DNA from: Crocinitomicaceae bacterium
Lineage (GTDB): Bacteria > Bacteroidota > Bacteroidia > Flavobacteriales_D > Crocinitomicaceae
Assembly (NCBI GenBank): GCA_042094515.1
Contig: JBELDA010000005.1
Span: forward strand, 22,077-86,076
Direction: 5' to 3'
Length of the DNA: 64,000 nucleotides
This document shows positions 56,788-64,000 of this stretch, piece by piece. The position numbers and the translations under genes were made by a program. Position 1 is the first letter of the stretch. Each line of letters starts with the position of its first letter. A model generated the notes under the pieces. It worked only from the letters and a program-made list of their open reading frames with translations. It did no database searches and was not told where the DNA came from.

Positions 56788-57447
56788 TTATTCTGCTACA
56801 ACTATTTTCTTTGTGCTTCCGTCACTGTACACATAAATTAAAGGTGTATTTGGCTTAAAGCTCGTTTCCCGTCCAAGCTGATCCAAGATTTTTACCAAGG
56901 ATACATCAAGCTGATGGCTTCCATTTAATCCAGCACTTTGAAGCCATTGGTCATGTAAAATGTGATTAACCTCGTTTATGTTGTTTCCACTGTATACCAA
57001 CATACTGTTTCCTGGGTTTTCGGCATCTGGAAAAAACAAGAGTAACCAAGGAAGGTTAACTGCACCGTTTGTTGTGTATTTATTAATATAATTTTCCAAT
57101 ACATTCTCAATGTTAATAAAGGTAGGGTAGGTAATACCATTTACGGTAGCCCAAACATCTGCATCATCACAATCTGCCGTGTTAAAGTCTTGATCCTCGT
57201 TTAGAAATCCAAAAACCTTTACGTTTTCGCTCATCATGTTCTGCCAAAGATCTTCAGTTTTGCCTGCGGTTTCAGCACTTGCAGGACTCCATTGATTTGA
57301 GAAGCTAAGCAATACGGCTTTTCCTTTGGAAAGCTCCGTGTACATGCTATATCCATTGGCATCACAAGTATATTGGGTCCAATCAGGAACCTGTGCAGTA
57401 ATTGTAAAAGTTAAGCTGGTAAGTAGGGCAAAAATTGTACTTTTCAT
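56788..57447 (-). CDS. secreted thioredoxin-fold paralog with degenerate active site (WSPAS) and conserved C-terminal tail
   Basis: Collinear with the neighbouring paralog (QVPDWT..CD...Y.M..EL.KG.AVL..FS..W...). The CxxC position reads SPAS (57277-57288, AGT CCT GCA AGT). The tail is KILDQLGRETSFKPNTPLIYVYSDGSTKKIVVAE. Confidence 0.6.
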   Translation of the reverse strand: MKSTIFALLTSLTFTITAQVPDWTQYTCDANGYSMYTELSKGKAVLLSFSNQWSPASAETAGKTEDLWQNMMSENVKVFGFLNEDQDFNTADCDDADVWATVNGITYPTFINIENVLENYINKYTTNGAVNLPWLLLFFPDAENPGNSMLVYSGNNINEVNHILHDQWLQSAGLNGSHQLDVSLVKILDQLGRETSFKPNTPLIYVYSDGSTKKIVVAE

Positions 57448-57566
57448 ATCCGTTTATTTAATTTTCAAGGCGCAAAAGTACTTATTCTTTTAGATTGAAT
57501 AGCAAGTATTTTAAAATACTTAACATTAAAATAACATTGCAGTAGTTTTTATTGGTTACACAGATC

Positions 57567-59474
57567 TTACAAAGGAATGATAATGGCCTTGTTGAGTGTT
57601 GTTTTTAATCCTTGAACCCAGGGCATGCCGATTTGATTTGCTTCCTTGGAATCGTAATTAGAATTATCATATACGATTTGATATTTGGTGTCATTTAAAA
57701 TCAAGTATTTTTTATGATCAATTGTCTGAAGCGATATTTTGTTGTTCTTAAAAGATGATGTTACGTTCTTTTCCTTAATTGAAATGGCTGAAATATTTCC
57801 TGGATAGCACTTTTCATAAGACTCCATTAACCTCTGATATTTGTATTCATTTATTACTAAATCATCGTAAAAGAAGTATATATGGTTCTTGGTGTGTATT
57901 GCAAAACATAACTTGTTTTCGTTGAATAGAATCAAATGATTGGTATTTAAATGTTTGTAACGATGACAAGATAGAGTAAGAAGTATTCCTAGAGTCAAAA
58001 AGTATTTCAGCAAAGGAAAAGATCTGTAAATGGCTGAGAACACTAATACAATTATTAGGAAATAGATACTTATTAGCTCAAATTCACTGAGCTCAAACCC
58101 CTTTGATACGGAACCCGGCAGTTGTTCAATTAAGTCAATAAAATTGACCAATAGATAAAGTAATGAGGAAAGGGCAAACCCTATTCCAATGGAAAGTAAT
58201 GGGGACCATGAAAATAAAAATAGACCCGCTCCAAGTGAAATTAAAATGCCCGATATCAAAATGATTCCAAGATTTGTTAAAGCGAAATAATTAGGAAATT
58301 GATGAAAATAATACAGGCATAGTGGAACTGTGAATATTTGGGCAGATAATCCCAGAGCCGTCCCATTCCATAAGAAACGAATGATTTTATTTTTAAAATA
58401 ATAAAATCGTTGTATTCGTGTGTAGGTAATAAGTATACCAAACATAGCTAAATAAGACAACTGAAACCCGATATCGAATAGATACCAGGGATTCAATAGC
58501 AACAATGCTACCGCAGAAAAACAAAGAAGATTTAGCTGATTGTTTTGAGCGCTGAATAGTGAGCCTAGGGTAATTAGACTGAACATAAATACTGACCTGA
58601 CTACGCTGGGCGGAAACCCGATCAAATAAGCATAAAACCATATGAATAGAATGACAATGCAGGTCGATTGGTATTTATTAATAAATCTTGAAAAGACTCG
58701 AAATACATTCATTAAAACTAGAATCATGAGTCCAATGTGTAAACCCGATATGGCTAACAAGTGCATGGCGCCAGCTGCGCTAAACGAATTTGTTATTTCT
58801 GTGGATAATGCGGATTTATCACCAAGAAACAAGGCTTTTGCAAGTCCTGTTTGAGATTTTGGTAAATTATTATCAATTATTTCGTTTAGTGCATTTTCCA
58901 TAGCTTTTTTATGGGTGATCGGTTCGTTTTTAAGTATTGAGAAATCTGTGTAATCAAAAAAGCTCAATAAATGGGTCTTTTTAGATTTCCAATAGAGCAT
59001 GGCGTCAAACTCTCCTGGATTACCCTTGTTCTTAATTTGGGATATTTTACATGAAAGAAGTAGAATATCCCCTTCACTAATTAGTTTTATAGAGTTGCTA
59101 TCTGTGTAAAATAGTAGCTTTTCAGAAACCGCTTTAAGCTGATTTTGATCCTTGTATTCATATTGAATTTCCGCCAGTCCTTTGTTCCATGTTTTTCGGG
59201 TATTTCCTGTTTCTAATATTTTAATCTGATAATATGATACTTCATTTGATAGCTCGACTTCATGGCTTGAATGATTCAAGTACATGGCAAAGTAACCGAG
59301 CTGCAAAAAAAATAGAAATTTCAATGGATAAAACCATAGAATCTTAAAATAATACAAACAAAAAGAAAGTAGGAATAGTGATCCAAGAATGCTGTGCCAA
59401 AAGAAGTCATCATTTATATTTAGGTGTAAAAATATTCCTAAGCCAATTGGAACGAGTATATGCAAAAAAGGCAC
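57567..59474 (-). CDS. comEC: ComEC/Rec2-family DNA internalization channel protein (no metallo-beta-lactamase domain)
   Basis: 635 aa, polytopic. The competence-domain block is FSAAGAMHLLAISGLHIGL. GTG start. Confidence 0.8.
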   Translation of the reverse strand: MPFLHILVPIGLGIFLHLNINDDFFWHSILGSLFLLSFCLYYFKILWFYPLKFLFFLQLGYFAMYLNHSSHEVELSNEVSYYQIKILETGNTRKTWNKGLAEIQYEYKDQNQLKAVSEKLLFYTDSNSIKLISEGDILLLSCKISQIKNKGNPGEFDAMLYWKSKKTHLLSFFDYTDFSILKNEPITHKKAMENALNEIIDNNLPKSQTGLAKALFLGDKSALSTEITNSFSAAGAMHLLAISGLHIGLMILVLMNVFRVFSRFINKYQSTCIVILFIWFYAYLIGFPPSVVRSVFMFSLITLGSLFSAQNNQLNLLCFSAVALLLLNPWYLFDIGFQLSYLAMFGILITYTRIQRFYYFKNKIIRFLWNGTALGLSAQIFTVPLCLYYFHQFPNYFALTNLGIILISGILISLGAGLFLFSWSPLLSIGIGFALSSLLYLLVNFIDLIEQLPGSVSKGFELSEFELISIYFLIIVLVFSAIYRSFPLLKYFLTLGILLTLSCHRYKHLNTNHLILFNENKLCFAIHTKNHIYFFYDDLVINEYKYQRLMESYEKCYPGNISAISIKEKNVTSSFKNNKISLQTIDHKKYLILNDTKYQIVYDNSNYDSKEANQIGMPWVQGLKTTLNKAIIIPL

Positions 59475-59677
59475 TTGGTAAAAGGCGAAGGGAGCTGAGC
59501 GAATATCGATAGGCTTGTTTTCGATTTGGTTTTTCTTTTAATTTACTAAAATCTATCTTAGGTTGTGATTTGATATTGCCGTTAAATAGGCAAATGGACC
59601 GTTAACTAATCATTTTGTATTTTTCTGATAGTTTTCACCTATATTTAATTTATAGTAAACCCTTTACCTTTAAATCA

Positions 59678-60895
59678 ATGAAAACAGCAGTCCTCTTATT
59701 TTTAGTTTTTTTATCGACTACTCTTATGGGACAACAAAAGACCTTTATTCCAGATGATAATTTTGAGCAGATATTCATTATGAATGGTTTTGATGATGTA
59801 TTAGATGATTCTATAGTCACCGCAAATGTTAGTGGAATGACACACTTAAATGTACAAGGTCAAGGAATTCAAGATATGACAGGTGTAGAGGGTTTTGTTT
59901 CTTTAACACATTTGTTTTGTTCCAATAATAATTTCTCTACTCTGAATCTTAGTCAAAACACTAATTTGGTGTTTTTGGATTGTGGCGTTAATGATTTTCT
60001 CACTAGTATTGATATCAGTGCTGCTCATCAATTAGTATCTCTCAAGTGTTATTCGAATCTTATGCTCACAAGTCTTGATGTAAGTCATAATCAAAATTTA
60101 GTTGAGTTAGAATGTCCTTATAATCAAATTTCTAGTCTCGACTTAAGTCAAAACCCTGCTTTAGTTTTTTTGAATTGTAGTGGAAACAATTTAACAAGTA
60201 TAGATGTAAGTGATAACATTGCTTTAAATTATTTAGATTGTAGTACCAATCAATTGACAAATTTAGATGTAAGTCAGAATGTTGCTTTAGAATGGTTAGG
60301 CTGTAGTGATAATCAAATTATAGGATTAGATTTGAGTCATAATATTGATTTAACTCATCTGTTTTGTGGTTATAATCAAATTGAAAGTCTTGATTTAAGT
60401 CATAATAATTTATTCTTTTTAAGGGTGCCACATACCAATATTACAGAACTAGATGTAAGTCAGAGTGCTGCTTTAAATTATTTAAGGTGTAGTTTCAATC
60501 AATTAACAAGTTTGGATGTTAGTCAGAATACGAATTTAGAAACTCTACACTGTTTTAACAATAACCTTAGCTGCCTAAATACTTCAAATGGAAATAACAT
60601 CAACTTACAACTCAAAGCATATAATAATCCAATTCTTAATTGTATAGAGGTTGATGATGCTTCTTGGTCAACGGCTAATTGGACAGATATTGACCCTCAA
60701 ACCTCATTTAGCGAATATTGTAATAATGCGTGTTCTTCTGAAACCGCAAGTAACAGTGCCCATGATACCCAGGTCAAAACTCTTATCAAAATCCTTGACC
60801 CTATGGGTCGTGAGACTACTTTTAAGCCCAATACACCTTTAATCTACGTCTATGATGATGGAAGTACAGAGAAGGTGTTTAGTGTGGAGTATTAG
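59678..60895 (+). CDS. secreted leucine-rich-repeat protein with conserved C-terminal tail
   Basis: The ATG at 59678 gives the signal peptide MKTAVLLFLVFLSTTLMGQ. About 11 LRR units of 21-22 aa follow (LDVSQN.AL..L.CS.NQLTS). The tail is KILDPMGRETTFKPNTPLIYVYDDGSTEKVFSVEY. Confidence 0.75.
   Translation: MKTAVLLFLVFLSTTLMGQQKTFIPDDNFEQIFIMNGFDDVLDDSIVTANVSGMTHLNVQGQGIQDMTGVEGFVSLTHLFCSNNNFSTLNLSQNTNLVFLDCGVNDFLTSIDISAAHQLVSLKCYSNLMLTSLDVSHNQNLVELECPYNQISSLDLSQNPALVFLNCSGNNLTSIDVSDNIALNYLDCSTNQLTNLDVSQNVALEWLGCSDNQIIGLDLSHNIDLTHLFCGYNQIESLDLSHNNLFFLRVPHTNITELDVSQSAALNYLRCSFNQLTSLDVSQNTNLETLHCFNNNLSCLNTSNGNNINLQLKAYNNPILNCIEVDDASWSTANWTDIDPQTSFSEYCNNACSSETASNSAHDTQVKTLIKILDPMGRETTFKPNTPLIYVYDDGSTEKVFSVEY
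59840..60620 (+). repeat. in-frame tandem array of ~63-66-nt LRR-coding units
   Basis: Repeated ...ttagatgtaagtcagaa(t/c)... / ...gatttaagtca(t/a)aa... units encode LD(V/L)S(Q/H)N repeats. The boundaries are approximate. Confidence 0.7.
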
Positions 60896-60995
60896 TCTTC
60901 GTGTTCATCTAAAATCTGAACCTTTTCCGTTATCGGTTTATCCGTGTTTTTCTATCTTTAAGTCCATTTATTTTTATTAAATCTTAAATGCAGTT

Positions 60996-61763
60996 ATGAA
61001 AGTTCTTTTAACATTGACATCCTTTATTTTGCTTTTCTCTTGTGGAAATGATAATGCATCGGTACAAGCCTCAGAAGAAAAAAACCCACCACTTGTTCCC
61101 ATCGACTCGATTGTTGGGCTAAAGCCTTACGATTGTGATTCATATTCCTCTTCATTTTATATGAGAGACACTTGTAAGGTATACTTTGAGCGTTCCCTGG
61201 CTCGAGAGCTCTCCATAATTATTGACCTTGAGAATTTGGCAATCAGGCCTAATTGGAAAAGTAATCATTTAGTGAAGCAGCACAATGTTGAGGGTTTTTC
61301 AGGTGTAGCATTTCGTGAATCTAATATGATCATTATGGTTCAAATGGATAGCGTAGGTAGGATGATTGAAACTAGGGGTACTTATGCAGAATTTACTTAC
61401 AAAAAGGGAAAGCTCGTCAAAGAACAATATTGGAAGAATAAAGGAGGTCAATTGCTTAAGGAGGTCATTACCTATAATGGGATGTTGGTAGGACCAGATA
61501 AAACCTGGTATGAATCGGGACAGCAAAAAAGTGAGCTTATTTATGGAATGAAAGAAATACAAGTTGATTCCATACGAACAGAGCTGAAAATGGTCAGGAT
61601 TGAGAATAAAGGAAAATACTGGTACGAGTCAGGTCAGCTTGAGAATGAATTTGATAAAGAAAGAAACTATGATAAGGCATGGGATGAAAACGGAAACCCT
61701 ATAGTTCACAGATCTAAAGTTGGTGTTCTTTATTCCGAGGAAGGAAAACCCATTGAAAGGTAG
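60996..61763 (+). CDS. MORN-variant repeat (YwqK-family-like) lipoprotein
   Basis: Lipobox LLFSCGN. Repeated K.WYESGQ...E motif (KTWYESGQQKSELIYG, KYWYESGQLENEF). Confidence 0.6.
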   Translation: MKVLLTLTSFILLFSCGNDNASVQASEEKNPPLVPIDSIVGLKPYDCDSYSSSFYMRDTCKVYFERSLARELSIIIDLENLAIRPNWKSNHLVKQHNVEGFSGVAFRESNMIIMVQMDSVGRMIETRGTYAEFTYKKGKLVKEQYWKNKGGQLLKEVITYNGMLVGPDKTWYESGQQKSELIYGMKEIQVDSIRTELKMVRIENKGKYWYESGQLENEFDKERNYDKAWDENGNPIVHRSKVGVLYSEEGKPIER

Positions 61764-61770
61764 ATACGTT

Positions 61771-62427
61771 TTATTTTTCTTTCATTTTCATTAATGCTTC
61801 TAGGGCTGCGCTTACATGTTCTTCTTTTATGATTATCGTAAGCTCATGAGTGGTTGAGATTACCTCAATGATGTTAATGCCTCTCCAGGTAATAATTCCT
61901 AATAAATGATGATACAAGCCGGTGACCTCAGTATTTAGCTTCGGGAGCTGTATGGTAATACTTGCCAAATTTTCCATTCGTGATTGATAGGGGATTGCCC
62001 CAAGAGCTTTCTCAAATATATTTTTGAGATTTTCACTAATAATTACTGTAGTTTCGTGAATACCTTTACATAAAGTGTGAAATCCTTTGGTGTTGGTCAG
62101 TTGTTTCAAGCTGAATTTAGAAGACATTTTTTCAAATTCAAGAGTGTTTTGAAAGCTGTAATCAATCAATCCAGATTTGACAGTAAAATCACCAATATTT
62201 TTGAGCTGTTTTTTTAACGGACGTGCTTTATTTAGCTGATCGATTTCCATGCGCTTAATCGTCATAATAATGGCATTTACGTTGAGCTTTTTTCCAACTT
62301 TATTGGATAGCTCAGGTTCAATCTGTCGCGCTAAGGCGGAGATGTTGATTAAACCATTCTTTATGTTTTCCAGGATAAATGGTTCTTTTTTTAAAATTTC
62401 ATCAATATGGTTCTTTATCGTAATCAC
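61771..62427 (-). CDS. hypothetical protein with C-terminal ACT-like domain
   Basis: 218 aa. The C-terminal LASITIQLP...TGLYHHLLGIITWRGINIIEVISTTHELTIIIKEEHVSAALEAL resembles aspartokinase-type ACT modules. The domain call is by eye only. Confidence 0.45.
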   Translation of the reverse strand: MITIKNHIDEILKKEPFILENIKNGLINISALARQIEPELSNKVGKKLNVNAIIMTIKRMEIDQLNKARPLKKQLKNIGDFTVKSGLIDYSFQNTLEFEKMSSKFSLKQLTNTKGFHTLCKGIHETTVIISENLKNIFEKALGAIPYQSRMENLASITIQLPKLNTEVTGLYHHLLGIITWRGINIIEVISTTHELTIIIKEEHVSAALEALMKMKEK

Positions 62428-62520
62428 GTTAAAAATTTAACAAATAGTTAAAAAATTGACAAATTTATCATAATTATTTCATTTGGCTGATTGCCGAAGT
62501 AGTTTCGCCAAAAAAAAGCG

Positions 62521-63678
62521 ATGAAGACACCTTATTATTTTTATGATCTCGATTTATTGGAGCGAACTCTAAAAAAGCTACTTACGGTGGCTGGAAATAA
62601 TCACATTCATTATGCCATTAAGGCAAATACCGATAAACGCATGTGTAGAATGATTTCTAATTATGGATTTGGTGCAGACTGTGTGAGCGGTAATGAAATC
62701 TTGCATGCTTTAAGATGCGGGTTTCATCCATCAAAAATTGTGTTTGCAGGAGTCGGTAAAACCAATGAGGAAATAGAAATTGGGCTTAAACACAATATTG
62801 CTTGCTTTAATATTGAATCAGCTGAGGAAGTTCAGGTCATCAATAGGCTGGCAAAACAAATGAATAGAGTGGCCAATGTTGCCATTCGGGTAAATCCAAA
62901 TATCAGTGCTGAAACCCACGAATACATTACGACAGGCACCCACGAAAACAAATTCGGAATTTCCTGTGAACATCTCATGGGTGTTATTCATTTAATCGAA
63001 GACAGTAAATATATCAAATTGACAGGGCTCCATTTCCATATTGGAAGTCAGATTTTGAATATGGATAATTTTAAGGACCTCGCCCAAAAGGTCAATATTA
63101 TTCTTTCAGAACTTTATAATGAAGGTATTGAAATTGAACACATCAATGTAGGAGGAGGGCTCGGTATTAATTATGACAATCCAATTGATGAACCGATTCC
63201 AGATTTTCAATCCTATTTTGAGGTATTCAATCAGCATCTAAACAATTCACTTTTTAAGTATCTGCATTTTGAGCTTGGAAGATCTATTGTTGGCCAATGC
63301 GGAGAGCTTCACACTAAAGTACTCTTCGTAAAGCAAGGTGTTGCAAAACAATTTGCGATTGTGGATGCGGGTATGACAGATCTTTTAAGACCAGCTTTAT
63401 ATCAGGCGCAGCATCGAATCGTTAAAAAGAATCCTTCAGGTGAAAAGAAATACCGTTATGACATTGTAGGGCCTATATGTGAATCAAGTGATGTGTTTCA
63501 AAATGATTACCCTTTGGAAAAGCTTAAAAGAGGAGAGGAGCTTATCATTAAATCTGCAGGAGCATATGGTGAAGTGATGGTCAGTGAATACAATCTGAGA
63601 GCAAAGCCTAATGTATATTACAGAGAGGCAAGGTCATCATTAGAATTTGCAATAGATCCACATTACATCATGAATTGA
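62521..63678 (+). CDS. lysA: diaminopimelate decarboxylase
   Basis: 385 aa. PLP Lys in HYAIKANTD, HFHIGSQI, GGGLGI, ELGRSIVG, and GPICESSD. Confidence 0.9.
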   Translation: MKTPYYFYDLDLLERTLKKLLTVAGNNHIHYAIKANTDKRMCRMISNYGFGADCVSGNEILHALRCGFHPSKIVFAGVGKTNEEIEIGLKHNIACFNIESAEEVQVINRLAKQMNRVANVAIRVNPNISAETHEYITTGTHENKFGISCEHLMGVIHLIEDSKYIKLTGLHFHIGSQILNMDNFKDLAQKVNIILSELYNEGIEIEHINVGGGLGINYDNPIDEPIPDFQSYFEVFNQHLNNSLFKYLHFELGRSIVGQCGELHTKVLFVKQGVAKQFAIVDAGMTDLLRPALYQAQHRIVKKNPSGEKKYRYDIVGPICESSDVFQNDYPLEKLKRGEELIIKSAGAYGEVMVSEYNLRAKPNVYYREARSSLEFAIDPHYIMN

Positions 63679-63713
63679 TTTTTTAATTTTCTATATTTAT
63701 TCAAAATTCGTTT

Positions 63714-64000
63714 ATGAAAATGCTTTTAATATTTCTAATGATTGGTTTTTGTTCATTTGGCCAAAATGACCTCAAGGTTCTCCGTAATGCAAATCAAAGT
63801 ATTGTCGAGTTTCCTGATGAGGAAGCTACTTTTCCATGTCATACCTTTTACAGCTACGATACTTTAGGTAATGTAGTGGGGCAAGAAGTACTTTGCGGTG
63901 CAAGTGGTATGATGAAATTTATCAGTCAAAATGTGGTCTATCCTCAGATTTCTATTGAAATGAATCAGCAGGGAAGAGTTTTTTTATCTTTTGTTGTGGA
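63714..64000 (+). CDS. secreted TonB-C-like domain protein (3' end outside window)
   Basis: The ATG at 63714 is open to the window edge. Signal peptide MKMLLIFLMIGFCSFGQ. FISQNVVYPQISIEMNQQGRVFLSFVV resembles the start of a TonB C-terminal domain. It is absent from the ORF track because no stop lies in the window. Confidence 0.5.
   Translation, partial: MKMLLIFLMIGFCSFGQNDLKVLRNANQSIVEFPDEEATFPCHTFYSYDTLGNVVGQEVLCGASGMMKFISQNVVYPQISIEMNQQGRVFLSFVV

Noticed and set aside
57567-59560. Possible 5' truncation or pseudogenisation of comEC (GTG start, ~200-nt upstream gap)
   Set aside because: The upstream in-frame extension is only ~23 codons before a stop. The 635-aa product contains the full polytopic competence domain, and no frameshift or internal stop is visible.
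60996-61763. YwqK-family 'antitoxin'-like MORN-repeat protein as part of a toxin-antitoxin system
   Set aside because: It has a lipoprotein signal peptide and there is no adjacent toxin-like gene. The family name is historical, and nothing here supports a TA module.
62428-62520. Possible lysine riboswitch upstream of lysA
   Set aside because: The intergenic region is only 93 nt, very AT-rich, and lacks the multi-helix junction such a riboswitch needs. Similarly, I saw no convincing leader structure upstream of bioD or thrS.
1-64000. Scan for CRISPR arrays, tRNA/rRNA/tmRNA genes, IS elements, integrases, prophage or defence-island genes
   Set aside because: No spaced direct-repeat arrays, cloverleaf-like GC-rich segments, transposase or integrase ORFs, or nuclease/ATPase defence-type genes were recognised. 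Intergenic gaps are mostly under 130 nt. The only tandem repeats are the in-frame LRR units, and the only duplicated genes are the thioredoxin-fold pair.

Overview
AT-rich, tightly packed chromosomal window that looks like a Bacteroidota (Flavobacteriia-type) genome. The taxon call rests on gldB-gldC, PorP/SprF and PorT-like genes, T9SS C-terminal sorting domains, a TonB-dependent receptor and TAnnTTTG-type promoter boxes. I count about 60 protein-coding genes and found no rRNA, tRNA, CRISPR array, transposase or integrase. Most of the window is housekeeping: proS (partial), mnmA, ubiE, trmD, bioD-bioA, rimO, nadE, thrS-infC-rpmI-rplT, lon, lysA, a thiolase, an acyl-CoA carboxylase beta subunit, an aminotransferase and a cysteine desulfurase. 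Envelope, gliding and T9SS genes and secreted proteins are interleaved with these. Three items deserve follow-up. (1) An ECF sigma operon (20788-23882) whose anti-sigma factor appears fused to a PorP/SprF-type T9SS outer-membrane barrel and is followed by a stand-alone PorP/SprF paralog; this may be an undescribed trans-envelope signalling module. (2) A secreted alpha/beta hydrolase (17961-19061) with striking motif-level similarity to IsPETase/cutinase-type polyester hydrolases plus a T9SS sorting domain. (3) A compact C-terminal tail of about 35 aa, nearly identical in three secreted proteins (two tandem thioredoxin-fold paralogs and an LRR protein) that flank comEC; it may be a minimal sorting signal. 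All functional calls come from motif recognition by eye in the supplied translations, and no database search was run.
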